Shown here: one piece after another, positions 28,471 through 42,181 of the stretch
How positions within the stretch are numbered: position 1 is the stretch's first letter
Layout of the letters: every line of letters begins with the position of its first letter
Assembly: GCA_965153455.1 (NCBI GenBank)
Contig: OZ234493.1
Location: 30,246,213-30,310,212, forward strand
Source: Sphagnum compactum
Taxonomy: Eukaryota
DNA: 64,000 nucleotides
Direction: 5' to 3'
Made by a program: the position numbers and the translations under genes
The notes under the pieces: model-generated
Seen by the model: only the letters and a program-made list of their open reading frames with translations
What the model was told of the DNA's origin: nothing
Database searches by the model: none

Positions 28471-28680
28471 TTTGTTGCACTTTGGGATGCTCATGCGCAT
28501 CATGGTTTGTTGCACTTTGGAATGCTTGTGTGCATCATGATTTGTTGCATTTTGGAATGCTTGTGTGCATCATGGTTTGTTGCACTTTGGAATGCTTGTG
28601 TGCATCATGATTTGTTGCATTTTGGAATGCTTGTGTGCATCATGATTTGTTGCATTTTGGAATGCTTGTGTGCATCATGA
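28471..28680 (+). repeat. 35-bp minisatellite (~6 copies)
   Basis: Unit tttgttgca(c/t)tttggaatgcttgtgtgcatcatg(a/g). Confidence 0.95.
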
Positions 28681-29966
28681 TGATTAACTCCAAACTTCAT
28701 GAAAGTTGGTAACTAATTTGTCAATGCCAAACTTTAGTTTTCACTCAAGAGGCTATTTTTGAGGACCGCCAATGGTCCAAATGCAAGGATTTTGCATCTT
28801 GGTTATTTTGTGTGTTGGTGGAGTAGTTGAAGTTTGGATGCGTGGACAAAAACTCCCTAGACAATATAGGTACAATCAACTTCCTTCCCCCTTGTTTCGT
28901 ATATGTATTACTATTTTAATATTTATTGTACTCCATGCAAGCAATTTCACCTTTCTCTCTCCAAGACTAATTTGAAGCTTGATATGATCACAAAATTCAT
29001 CTTTGACCATGTTGGTTCAAGCTTATTTCATTTTCTTTCATGGTTGACACGTTATCTGCATTCTCACACTATGGAGACTCCTAATTACCATGGTGTGTTG
29101 GTCTACTACTTTCCCATAACAAGTTGACCATGTCATTCATCATGGGCAATATATTATGGGTAATATTGACATATTATTTTCAAATAAAAGGATGTTTAAA
29201 TTGGGACATGTTAAATGAATATTTCTTCTCTTTTTAATATAGTTAAGGTTCTTTTCATGTGTGAATAAAATGGACAAAAACTAGACTCCGTGACTTTCTC
29301 CACTATGAGCATAAAAGGTTAATTGATTCAATGGATAACTAGGGGATGGATATAGCTAGAGAAGGTGCTTGCAAAATATGGAATATCCCTCCACCTAAAA
29401 ACCACCTCTTGAATATTCAAATGTGCATGAGCTTGAAGGCCACATAAATCTATGTTTTTTTTAATTAACCTTTGATATATCATAATATAGCCATAAATCC
29501 AAATTCAATTCAACATAGTATAGTTCATAGACCTTTGGAAAGGTCCCCACTTGCGATGATTCATAATAGAATGAAAATATAAGTTATAGAGTTAATAACA
29601 TTTTCAATGACATATTGGCCAACTGATGTGAAATTAGTGGTTCCATTATTATGTAGGGTTTCCATGTGAGCATAACACCATTTGATGCAAGACTAGAGAA
29701 CCCAACAAGCTTGGGTCAAATGAGTCCAAAATCAAAACATTGTGATGTCACCATTTTAAATTTTTTTAAAAATGATTTACCAAAAGGTGTATGGGAATTT
29801 GACAATGACATCAAAATTGATATAAGGTCTAACATATGTTTTTTGTGCCTACACATGCACCTGCATTTATTAAGGGCTCTTACCAAAACTTGATAAGTTT
29901 GAAACTTTTATGTGGAGAATCTTTGATTTGCTTGGTGTTCATGCCTTGTTGATTTTTGCAAGCATA

Positions 29967-32230
29967 CAGTAAACTCTCTCTAAACTAATATCCTTGGGAC
30001 CAACCGGAAGATATTAGTTTATGGAGGATATTAATTTACACAAATTATATGGGGGGTAACAAAAATCATTCCGAAACCTGCCAGAGCAGCATGGAAGGTC
30101 ATGGAGGTTAGTAGAAGGTCATGGATCATTGGGGAAGGTAACGGAACCTTGTGGAGCTTGGTGGAGGATCAAAGAAGCACGTAGAAGATCATATGACATG
30201 AGTGGTAGAAATCTTGGCAGAAAGTGAGGTTGTGGAAAGCTGCACTCTGGGTACTCTCAGAATACCCTCCTTCGCTCTATAAAAAGGGTTGTGGGCAATC
30301 AGCTGGTCAGTCTTGTCCAAACCCTCTCCCCAAAAGCAAGAGCAGAACAATGCCGCAGAAAGGAACTTTTCATACCACTATGACGGACAAGGTCCGCGCA
30401 GCTCTCTGCCAGTACAAAAGAGACAATCCTCGGCTTTCACAGAAAGACCTGATCAAATGGCTCGAAGACAACCACAGTATCAAAGTTAGCCAAGCTACCA
30501 TCTCTACCACACTGAAACGGTCGGCTGAGATTCTCGCCAAGTTTGACAATGAGACCAACCTCAATGCCAAGCGCCAGCGGACAGTCAGGTACCCGGAAAT
30601 GGAGTCCGCGCTGGTCAAGTGGTTTAGGACAAACCAGGAGCGGGCAAATGTGAGTGGTGAGCTTGTCAGAGAGAGTGCAACGAAGATTCTGGATCGGCTC
30701 TATCCTGGGCATGAGCCCTTCGAATTTTCAAGTGGCTGGCTTGAGGCGTTCAAGTCCCGCCATGGCATTAGGTCCTACCGCAGCTTCGGCGAAAGTGGTT
30801 CTGTCAACATGGCTACTCTTGCCAACACCCTTCTAGCCATACGTGACGTCCTGGATCAGTATGCGTGGAAGGACATCTATAATATGGACGAAACTGGACT
30901 TTTCTATCGAATGCAGGTACTGTAAGTTCAGATTTGTCTACTATAAATGTCTAAACATGATATAACTGATTGTGATTGTTTTCCAGGCCGATAACTCTCT
31001 TGCAAGCAAGCAGCTCAAGGGCCGTAAGCAAAACAAGGAGCGGATCACTCTCGCCATCTGTTGCAATGGAGATGGTAGCGACAGGCTCCCGCTTTGGGTC
31101 ATTGGAAAGTATAAGAACCCGCACTGTTTCAAGAACATAAACAAGAACACGCTTGGGTGCCAGTACTGGAACAACTCCAACGCTTGGATGACGCGGGAAA
31201 TTTTTCTGGAGTGGCTCAGGGGGTTTGACCTCCATGTTTCAGGGCGTAGGGTCCTCCTCATCATGGATAACTTCAGTGGCCACATTCCCCTTGATCAGCT
31301 TCCCAACCACATCTAGCTGAGAAATACCACAGTCTTCTACCTGCCCCCAAACGCAACCTCGAAGATCCAGCCATGCGATGCTGGGATCATCCGCAGCTGC
31401 AAGGCGTACTACCGTCGTCACTTCAATCGGCTTCTTCTGCAGCGCTTGGAGGACAATGTCACCGACCCTGAGAAGATCGACATCCTTGCCATTCAGATGG
31501 TCGTTCGAGCCTGGACATACGAAGTGAAGCCGGAAACAATTTTCAACTGCTTCCACCACTGCAAGATCCGCTCAACAAAGGAGCCAGTCGTTGATGCCAG
31601 TGAGGAGTGCCCACTGGATTTAGAAGTCATCGAAGACCTCGAGTCGCAAATCCGGCAATTCCACTATCACAACCCAATGGACATCAGGAATCTGTTGAAC
31701 TACCCAGAGGAGTAGGTCACTACTTACACACTCGATGTGGACGACGTCATCGAGGATCAACTCCAGGAACGGTCAGGCTTGCAAGTGGAAGTCAACGACG
31801 ATGAGGCAGATGACAGCCAGGAGCTCCCTGTAGTGAGTGCTGCCGAAGCCTATAGAATGGTTGAGATGCTGGAGAGGTTCTGGATGCAGCAAGACAACTC
31901 GGGTATTCCATTCGTTGCTGCCTCACAGAAGATGAAGGACAGTGTGAGTATGATCAGGACAAAGCAGTTGGTACAGAAGAATATTGATAGCTTCTTCCAA
32001 CGCATCTAGCTTTGTACTTTCGAAGGTGTTTCCTCTAATTTCATCGTTTTTTTGGTGCCATATGTATGATGTATTAGTTTATAAAATGTTATGGGACCGG
32101 AAAAAAATATTGAATATCAGTTTATGGAGAATTATTAAATTAAATATGAGGCCCGCCACGGGCCTGTGCCCGCATAGTAGTTTAGAGAGAATATTAGTTT
32201 ACACAGTATTAGTTTAGAGAGAGTTTACTG
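29967..32230 (+). mobile_element. Full-length pogo-family (Lemi1/Tigger-like) DNA transposon, 2264 bp
   Basis: Perfect 24-bp TIRs CAGTAAACTCTCTCTAAACTAATA, flanked by TA on both sides, enclose a transposase. Confidence 0.96.
30350..32009 (+). pseudogene. pogo transposase (CENP-B-type HTH + DDE_1) with two premature TAG codons
   Basis: Exon 1 30350-30916, intron 30917-30986 (GT-AG), exon 2 30987-32009. Motifs FSSGWLEAFKSRH, YNMDETGLFY, IMDNFSGH and QPCDAGII. In-frame stops at 31314 and 31713, with no frameshift seen. Confidence 0.92.
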
Positions 32231-35078
32231 TATATGGAATTTAAGCATGCTACATAAGAAGGGCAACATTAAAAGGCAATAATCAAGAATAAGGAAGGAG
32301 AACTTTAGTAAAAATATCTTCTCCAATATATGTTCCACAAAAAACTTCTATTATGGATCAACCCTAACTTTTGGAGTAGTATGTACACCCCAAATTGTCC
32401 AAATATAAACATTTTTTATTCTTGAGAAAAGGTTTTTTTTCTTGTTAATCGATTTTGAACTAAAATTCGATCCAAGTTTACATTCAATTTCCGTGACCTA
32501 CATAAAACCATGCAAGGAACCTAAAGAATTATGTAACATTCTTTATCATGCATTTTTCTCAATTCAACTTTTTTGTCCTTAATCATTGTGATATGATAAA
32601 GAGGTGATTTGCTCATGGCATTTGTGAAACTATAAATCAAACCAAAATATATATATACAAGAGGTTAAGGTAAGCCTAACCACATAGTATTCATTATCTT
32701 TCCCCTTGCTTGACATTCAACCAATCCATGTTATGGCATGTTTGTGCATTCGACCTATGTCAACTATGTTACATCTTTAGAGGTATGTTTTAAGAACAAA
32801 TAACATAAATATCCCCTTTTAATTTTTCCAAGTTTTCCATTTTCATGACATATTGCATTTGAAACATGTAATGACACATCTAATTGAAATGGTAAACACA
32901 AACCTAGCTACATAAATTGAAAATATGTACATACAACATGCTAAGCACTTTAAAGTTGTGTAAAAGTTAATAAAATAAGGCAACATTATCAAGCTTGATG
33001 ATTATTTAAAATTGAAAAATAAGGTTGTCCACTTGACCAAGTTTGTTTTGATTAGGAATCAACACTTTAAATTTGCACCAATTGAACAAAATTTTCAATG
33101 CACATCAAATGAATTTTGCTTTTATACATTGTTGGCATATCTTCTACTTTAATCCACATAATGAAATCTAAACTCTCCTTTATTTAAATTTTTCTTTGTT
33201 TTATGGTCATACCTTTATTACAAACAATCAACCATGTTGCTTCCAAACCAAAAGTTCCACATGGCAATTTTGTGTTCATATCAAGTGATCTAATGTGTAA
33301 TGCATGTGCCACTTTTTGATTCAATTGAACAGTTATTGCAAGAAGTTAGTCAAAACTAATGAAGTGTGAACTTATATATATATATATAACTAATTAAACA
33401 AAATTACAATGAGGTTTCAATGTATTGTTGACAAGGTTAGATATAATGTGCATGTGAACATGCTCAAATTTGTAAAATACACACATCATAAGGCTTATAA
33501 AGAAGTCAAGGTAGTGAAGGTAGGACTTTGAGGTTGTTCAATAAGAGGTACAAATACTTGGTTAATGAAAAGAAGTTTGTTAAAACATCTTGGTGCAACT
33601 AAATTCTTTGGTCCACTCCTTGCTAGCAAATTGGTAATGGTTGTACTAGTCTTGTAAATGTTTTGGCAACACATTCTTGTTTGTTAGGATGTGCTTGTGG
33701 ACCTTGTTTGTCCTAAACTTTATGGGCACAACAAATGGGACTATTACTTTCATAAAACATTTAAGGTATGCTATTATTTTTTTGAATTAAAAACGTAGAT
33801 TTTGCTTTAAATTGTGTATAACTCGCATGTTTTTTTTGAGATGACTTCTTTTTAACAAATGTCTTTTTTTTTCTTAAACATGTAAATTATCGAAATCCAT
33901 CAAGCATACTTAACACCATGGAAATACCAACAAAATATTGACGGAAACTAATTTGAAAAGGTGGGAGATATAAAAGATAATGTCGTAACATTTGACAAAC
34001 ATTATAATTATAATAGCTCTTTCCTAACACTTAAACTTAATGATATACAAGATTTTAAACATGCAATTTAAATCAATAAAATGATGGACAAATGCACCAT
34101 GTAAGACTCACATTCCCAAACTAACCAATAAATATATAGGTGTTTAGATGTTAGGAAAGAACTATTATTGTTATTGTTTTTAGGTCTTTTTCTTGATCTC
34201 AATTTGTTGCTACTAGTCTTGTTTTGTTTATCATTCTTTATATTGCTCGGTTGTGGGTTAAATAGATTTTATGAGAAGGTTGGAGGAAGTTGCCAAACTT
34301 AATAATAATAATAACAATAACAACATTTGATGTGAACAAGCACTTTGTGACAAGATTAATTGTAGGATACCATTTAACTTTGTGCACCCCATAAATATCA
34401 CATGATTTTGTTATCTTAATGGCTACCACCATCCTTGAAGTTGCACTCCTACCCATTTTGAAGAAGTTGATCATTGCAGATAACAAAGTAAGTTTTCTTT
34501 TAATCACATGTAATCTTTCCTAAATCTGTTGTTAAATACTAAACTATCCATGCATCAAAATTCCTTCAAGTTCTTGATGATCATTTTATTTTTAATAACA
34601 AAATCATTTTTTTTCTTCCCTTCTCCTTTGAATGCATGGCTCATTATTATGTTTCCTTCCATCTTCATGAATTATGTTTACTTTCAAGAATTTCATGGCT
34701 GCAAACTTGATCGTCATCTACAGATTTTAACAGATTTGAAATCACCACCCCTTTGTTCCACGTTACACAAATTGGGAGGCCTTTGGTGTAAATAGTGGAC
34801 AACGAGCATTCAAGGTCAGCAAAGCCTGTTTGCAATGAAAATAGTTAGCAATGATCATGAATCTACAACATGGGCAACCAACCAACAAATTGTGAGTCAT
34901 TTTCTAACAAAATTGGAAACATTTGGGATTTTTTTTAATGTAATTAATTAGGATATTGGTTATGATGTTGCCAAAGGTATGTTACATGTTTTTGCATCTA
35001 CAAAAGGCATGTTCATCACAACTTTTATTGACTATCACCTTAATATGGATCAAGGTCTAATTGTTTTCAGCAATCCTA

Positions 35079-35776
35079 TCTTATATATAAAGTACCTTGT
35101 CCGTGCGTGCGTCCAGGTCCTGACAGTGGAGGTCTTGAAACCCAGATCCCAACTGTCCGTCCGTGGAGGTCCTGAAACCCAGATCGGGACCCGCCTGTCC
35201 ATCCGTCTGGTTGAGGTCCTGAAACCTGCCTGGCTCCTCTTTTCCGGGTTTTCGTGAAACCCGGCAGTTCTGTGCACGAAAACCCGGCAGTTCTGTGATT
35301 ATACGTATTTAGAGCTCAGAGTTCTGGATGGGTGGTTATGAGGATGAGATATCATGTATTTGTAGTTCCGTCCAATTAGGAGGAATGATTTGTGGATGAA
35401 ACATTAAAGATTTTGTAGTTTTGTCCACTTAGAGTTTTCGATGGATTGATTATGTGGATGAAATATTATTCCGTGCAATGAGCTCAGAGTTCTGGATGGG
35501 TGGTTATGAGGATGAGATATCATGTATTTGTAGTTCCATCCAATTAGGAGGAATGATTTGTGGATGAAATATTAAAGATTTTGTAGTTTTGTCCACTTAG
35601 AGTTTTCGATGGATTGATTATGTGGATGAAATATTCATGTATTCGTAAGTTCCGTCCAATTAGGAGTTCTGGATGGATGATTATGCAGGTGAGTATGGGG
35701 TTTTTTGGGGTCTCCTTTGGACTCCCAGTTTTTTTCTAGTGCCGTGTCGTGCCTTGCAGGCACGGGAGCCCACTAG
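35079..35776 (+). mobile_element. Non-autonomous Helitron A
   Basis: A|TCTTATATATAA start; end is the cgtgcc-ttgca-ggcacg hairpin + ggagccca-CTAG|T; internal ~170-bp duplication. Confidence 0.85.
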
Positions 35777-35788
35777 TCTTATATATAA

Positions 35789-36478
35789 CTAGTGGGTAAC
35801 CTGTGGCTACGCCACTCCAGCCACCCCGAACGCTTTGTGCTTTCATGTTTGGATTTGTAGCCAGGTTTGGCTAAATCTTCCTTCAAATAATTGCCCATTT
35901 TTTCCACATCTTCCCACAGATGATGGCCATTTTGGCTACAAACAAAAACAATTCGCTAAAAAAAAAAAACCCACTGGTGCTATTATTACCATATGGTTGA
36001 AGAATGGGTACCTTTAAAATAAATACACTTATTATTACATTTTCTTTCAAGGAGAGGTTTACAAAATTTAAAATAATAATAATACAATTAATATGATTAT
36101 TTTTGGGTGCACAAATAGACAAATCCATTTCAGAAATGGAGAAATCCATAGTTTTGACTCTTACCCAAAATTGGATCTGGACTTCAAACCCCAATCTTTG
36201 AATTCGAAGAACCTGGATTGAGACCTAGTTTGGGAACCTCAAGTTGCACGTGGATCGAGACCTGGACCTGGAGCTGAACTTGAAACCCCAATCTTTGGCT
36301 TCGAAGAACCTGGATTGAGACCTGGTTTGGGAACTTCAAGCTGCAACCGTGGATCTGGACTTCAAACCCTAAATCTAGGGTTTGAAGAAGAAGAAGAAGG
36401 TTGGGACCTGGTTAGGGAACCTGAAGTTTTGTCCACACAGACGTACAGACACCACCATGTTTGCTTTAATATATAAGA
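35789..36478 (-). mobile_element. Non-autonomous Helitron C1
   Basis: Minus strand A|TCTTATATATTAAAGCAAACATGG ... gtggc-gta-gccac hairpin + aggttaccca-CTAG|T. Confidence 0.8.
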
Positions 36479-36483
36479 TTCCT

Positions 36484-36762
36484 CGAGTGGTTGGTAACCC
36501 GTGGCTACGCCACTCCAGCCACCCCCAAGAAAAGGAGGGAGGACCCAAAAAAAACGAAAAAAAAAAAAAACACCTCCCTTCACTCCCCCGTCCGGTCCTT
36601 TCCCGCCCGTCCCCCCCCCCTGCTGGCCCCCCCCTGCTGCCGCTCAGTAACTTCTTAACTGCCGCTCAGTAAAAAGTAACTTAGGTAAATTACGTAAAGG
36701 AAGGTAACTTCGAAAAGGTAAAAACGGACAGACGGACGGACAGACACCATGTTTGTAATTAT
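36484..36762 (-). mobile_element. Non-autonomous Helitron C2 (same family as B), 5' end clipped
   Basis: Minus strand ataattacaaacatggtgtctgtccg...ttttaccttttcgaagttacc... ends gtggc-gta-gccac gggttaccaacca-CTCG. Confidence 0.75.
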
Positions 36763-36838
36763 CTAGTGGGTAACCCGTGGCTACGCCACTCTAGCCACCC
36801 CGAACGCTCTGTTAAGCTTTATTGTCTGCACGATCATG

Positions 36839-39800
36839 TTACAACACCTCTGTGTAAACAACATTGCGAGTGTACACACCGGCAGGTGCATCTTCATGAG
36901 CATCCTCCCACCCATCCGTAACCAACAGTTTCACGCCCTCAGGGCACCCAATGCGCGACATGGCCACATACAACTGGCCATGTGTAAATACAGGCTTGGG
37001 CAGAAAAATGTCGACCATCTTCAATGTCTGCCCTTGCGCCTTATTGATGGTCATGGCAAATGCAGGGCGCACAGGGAACTGCCGACGGCGCAAAGTGAAA
37101 GGCATTCGTTCAGTGTCTGAAGGTGTGATGCTTAACCGTGGAATGAACACTCGTTGGCCCTTTGCAGGACCTGTTGCCACCTCTGCTTCAATGACATGCT
37201 GCATGAGTTGAATGACAATGAGCCTGGTACCATTAGCCAGGCCGTTGGTCATGTTGCGTAATAATATGATGGGACAACCCTCCTGCAAGTGCAGTTCATG
37301 GGGTGGTACGCCCGAAAAACTAAGTGTGTTCAAAAACTCAGTGGGGTAAATGCCATGTTGCTCCCCATGCACCACAGAATCCGCACTGTAATATACGCAG
37401 TGCTGTGCGGGCGAGCCATCGTGCTTTGTGAATGCATATTTGTCATTGATGAGTTTATTGAGTGCATCCACATCTTCGTTCAAAGGTGTAAGAATTGCAC
37501 GCTCAATGATGTATGCAGATCTTGTAGCATACTCAACAATAGATGACAGAGCGCCATACACTTCTTCAATCAAATCTGCCACAATAGGGCCATTGCAGCA
37601 CATGTCATGAGGAATAAGAATGGAGTCTTCACCAACAGAAGGATACACGCGCTCTGCGCCCTCCCCCACACGTTGCAAGTAATCAGCAAATGCCTGCAGC
37701 CGTGTGGCATCTGCCTGTGCATGCGCGCCACCCTGAGCCAGCAACCTCTGCACGCGCATGTTGGTGTGCAGCTTGAATACACGCACATGTTGCCATATGC
37801 TGGAACGGTTCAAAGCTGCACCGACAACATCTCCCCTGGTGCCGCGAGGCACAACAGGCAAAATTTGCCGAAAATCGCCGCCAAACACCACAACCAAGCC
37901 GCCAAAGGGCAGGAACTTGAATGCTGGGTTAATGACAGCCATGATGTCCTGCAAAGACCTGTTGACAGCCTCAAAAACATGCCTGTGCATCATGACAGCC
38001 TCATCCCACACAATGAGCGCAGCCGCTTGCAAAAGTGTTGCCAGCTCGGAGTCCCTACTGATGTAGCATGTGGACGTGATGTTGAGGCCTTGCACAGGGA
38101 TCTTGAAACGTGAGTGTGCAGTGCGTCCTCCATCCAGCAGCAATGCAGCAATGCCAGACGATGCCACAGCAATAGCGACCCGACCCTGTGCGCGCACGGT
38201 GCTCAACAAGCAACTGTAGAGAAAGGTTTTGCCAGTGCCGCCAAGGCCATCGACAAAAAATGCACGGCAGTCGACAGCGGCCATGACATTGTCATAGACA
38301 GCCCGTTGCTCAGGGTTAAGTTGCGGCACGCGCTCATCTCGTATGGCTGCTTGCGTTGCCACATCATACCTGGCAATTTCGTCTGCCACCACAGCACTTG
38401 CAGGTTGGGCCGTAGGCGTCGGCAAGCCAAATGCTGCCAAGCCTTGGCTGCTGTTGAGGTGTGCCAAGTGTAGCGCCAACTCCCGCAGCACCATGTCCCG
38501 GATGGCAGCATCGAGTTGCCGCGCTGGCTCGCCCTGCACGTTATAGGAGCACACACGACATAGTGAGCATTGAGCGCCGCACAACATGCAAACCATGACC
38601 ATGCAAAACCGCAAGGCAGGCTGACATGCAGAGCCATACACGGGCAGAGCTGAGCACCAACCTGGCGTGCTTGATACAGAAAGTCTTCTGCCATGTCTTC
38701 CTTGAAGCGCTCCCATAGAGCTAATGGGTTTGCAACATCATTGAACACCAACAAGGCAGCAAATAGTGCCCTGAGACATGAGGCACTGGCCATGTTTGCA
38801 GCCTCTTCCATGCACTGGGCCCACTCAGCATCGTCCTGTAGTAAACCACGCTGCAGACATGCTTCTTTGAAAGATGCGTGCTGCGTGGGATGTTGCAAGT
38901 GCCTGTTGGTGCATGCTAGGTCCTCAAAAGACGTAGCCGCAGGCACGTGATGTAGCAAAAGACGCAAGAAGTACCTCTCCCCCTCGGAGGGTTGCACAAA
39001 ATACATGCGGCCGACAGGCAGCAGACCTGGCGTCCGTGTGCGGAGTGCCCATTGCTTTTCCTTCTTTTTCCATGTGGCAATGCGTGGAAAGTCATGGTAA
39101 AGCGTGTTGAAAGCCAAGCGCAATGGTGCAGATGGATTGAGATGTTCCCGTGCTGTTTTGTTAAATGCAAACCATGCAGTCAAAGTTGTGTGAGGGTTCC
39201 GGTTAAGTACGGCCGCAGCATCAGTGCCCTCTTGAAACAGGATGGTCTGACGCCCTTTCAAGTGCACAGCAAGCCGAACGACATTGGGGTGCTCCTTGTG
39301 CAGATCAAAGCCATACAGACGGTGGATGGCCTCAAAAGCCGACACATACCGACCGTCTTGGTAGATCTTGATCTCATCCCGCATGCATGGCTGAGCGAGC
39401 GCAACGCCATCAGGTGCAGCAGCGTCCACCGGGCCAACGTCTACCTGTGCACGGTCGTGGCCCTTGTAGACGTACTTGTAGAGGTATTTGACAGCCGCGA
39501 CAGAGGTGCAGACCTCCACGTTGATGTGGCAATTGAAGAACAGGGACAGGTACGGGTTGTAGGGCACCACCCAACGGTTGTCAAAGGCAAACCCACCCCT
39601 GCAGCAATAGCAGCCAAACATCAATTGTTACGTGAGCGGTACCACAGGTCAATAAACGCAAACATGGCAGCATAGTCGTGCATGTTGTCAGTCCAAATGC
39701 ATGGTCCTACTGCTAGCACACTTACCGTTCAAATGTGCGGCCATCATCCCGGCAGCGGTATGTTGGGTAGGAGCCGGTGGTGTCGGTGGTGTGCTCTGTG

Positions 39801-42181
39801 AAGGCCTTAGGGTAGCCTTTTGAACAAACACCGTCAACCATGCAAGTGCAATGTGGGTTGATGGTGCCACAGGGGCCATGCACCATGCATCTTGTAACGA
39901 CTTCAAAAAGAGTGGGGTGTGCATCCTTATCAGGCAACTCTGCAGACACCATGCGGTCGTATTCATCGGGCCCTCGTGGTTTGTGATCGGAGTGCAGAAT
40001 GAGCAGAATGTGTGCATGGGGCAGGCCTCTCTTCTGCCACTCAATGACATGAATGTTAGCCACCACCTCGCCAAAAACGCCCTTCTTCAAAAGCCTGTCC
40101 AGCAAATGCTGTAATTTCCCAACAAAAACACGTGTCACCAAATCAGGGCGGTCATTGGCAATCTCGCCGGGCTTCAGCGCACTGACAATCTCTTCCCACT
40201 TAGGGTTGCAGGTCATGGTGATGAACAAATCAGGCTTGCCATATTGGCGGACAATGGCCATGGAATCTTGGTACAATTGAGCCATGTGTCGGTGTCCACC
40301 AGTGAATGAAGATGGCAATACAATGAGCTTGCCCAGGTTGTCGATGTTGGCGTCGTTATTGGCAACAGCATCAGCTACGCCACCATAAATTGCAGCATGC
40401 AAAGGGCCCTGGTTGTTGCGTATGTAAAACAGTCGTTGTGATTCCACTTTGCTGTATTGGTCAACACCCCACTCTTGATACAAACGTTTGCCATACACAA
40501 AGAGGGCGTGTGATGTCGGGTTCCTATCGTGCATGTGATAGCAAGCCCACTCCCGTGCAGTGATTTTTTTGCGTTGTGCAGGTTGTGCTGGTCGTGCATC
40601 TGTTGCAACATGTTCAACATCACCTTCCTCCTCGCTGCCATCATCCTGTGGAGGTTATGGTGGGCTAACAGGGGCAACAGCAGCATGGGGCATGTATGGC
40701 TGCCAATCGAGCTCACCATGAGGATGGAACAACACAAAGTGCAGCGGATCGTAAGCAGGGTGCAAATCACTAATCCTCCATAGCTCGCCGCCGCGTGCAC
40801 GCACTCTGATGTCCCTGCCTGTAACCGGCTCGTCACCGCCACCTGTGGAGGAGCACCAACATTTATGTCAACGAATGAGGAACATTGCATCAAGTGAGCG
40901 ATGGCAACAAACAAACAGCACATCAGCACACGTTGCTGAAGAACCTCACCTGGCAGCAGCCCAGCCACTTCGGGCGCGGTAGGAGCATTGTAGCGGCGCT
41001 TGTCAACGTTGCCGTCGACCCTGATGACAACTTCCCATTGAGGCAAGTCGTGTGCGGGCATGTCCATGACTTGTTTGAAACGTTGCACAAATGTGTTGTG
41101 ATCATGCAACATTTGTTGTAGCCCCACCAAAGTTGGCTGATGCAAAGCAGCGCCCGTAGCACCCAAAGCTGCAAGGCGTGCTGTGACTTGTGCATCCATG
41201 GAATCAATGATGTACAGCTGGGCGAATTGTGGCACATCATGCTCGGCAGGCTGCAAAGGCCCCAGCAAGTGATGCACAGCCCCTTTGATGGCAATCATGC
41301 TGATCCCTTGTTCCGGGGAATGGATGTGTAGGCCCGTTGAGGCCATCTGCAATGCAGAGTTGTATGCACGAATGTTCAACCTGAAATCCTTAGTGGTAGG
41401 TGACAAAGGCTGGTGCTCACTGGGCACACTGGTGAGCAAATCTCTGAGTGGCTGAGGTGCAGGGGCGGGGAAAGCATTGCTCAACCCAGACATCTTGCCA
41501 CCGCCGCAACACAAAGTGGTGCGCTTTTTCTCGTGCTGAAAGCGGAGTGCATTGCAGTGTGTGCACTTATGTGACATGGCACCCAATGAGTGTACCACCA
41601 ACCCCTTCCACCTCATTCGCAGTGTGCAGGGCTTGCTTCCCAGCTCGCCGGGCGCGAGCCCCTCGCCTCGCTGCTTGTCGCTGGTTAGAAGGCTCGGCTA
41701 CCCTGGCAGCACGCCTGGCAGAGGCATCCCGTTCCCTAACTGCCTGCTGGTGTTCAGCAGGCTGGGCTGCCCTGGCAACACGCTTGGCAGAGGCATCCCG
41801 TTCCTTGACTGCCTGTTGCTGTTCAGCAGACTGGGCTGCCTTAGCAGCACGCCTGGCAGAGGCATCCCGTTCCCTAACTGCCTGTTGGTGTTCAGTAGGC
41901 TGGGCTGCCCTAGCAACACGCTTGGCAGAGGCATCCCGTTCCTTGACTGCCTGTTGCTGTTCAGCAGACTGGGCTGCCTTAGCAGCACGCCTGGCAGAGG
42001 CATCCCGTTCCCTGACTGCCTGTTGTTGTTCAACAGACTGGGCTGCCCTGGCAGCACGCTTGGCAGAGGCATCCCGTTCCCTGACTGCCTGTTGTTGTTC
42101 AGCAGACTGGGCTGCCCTGGCAGCACGCCTGGCAAAGGCATCTCGTTCCCTGACTGCCTGCTGCTGTTCAGCACTCTGCAT
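36839..42181 (-). pseudogene. Helitron RepHel (HUH Rep + PIF1 helicase), ~1660 codons, near-intact
   Basis: Exons about 42181-40950, 40842-39726, 39598-38662 and 38533-36839 with GT-AG introns. Rep motifs KPDLFITMTCNPKW, IEWQKRGLPHAHILL and KYLYKYVYKG. Helicase motifs GLGGTGKT, IVWDEA, GGDFRQILPV, FAMTINKAQGQT and HGQLYVAMSR. One frameshift (~41603) and one stop (40655-40657). Start codon uncertain. Confidence 0.95.
41696..42178 (-). repeat. 69-bp coding tandem repeat x7 (23-aa unit) at the RepHel N-terminus
   Basis: QSAEQQQAVRERDASARRAARAA-type unit repeated seven times. Confidence 0.95.
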
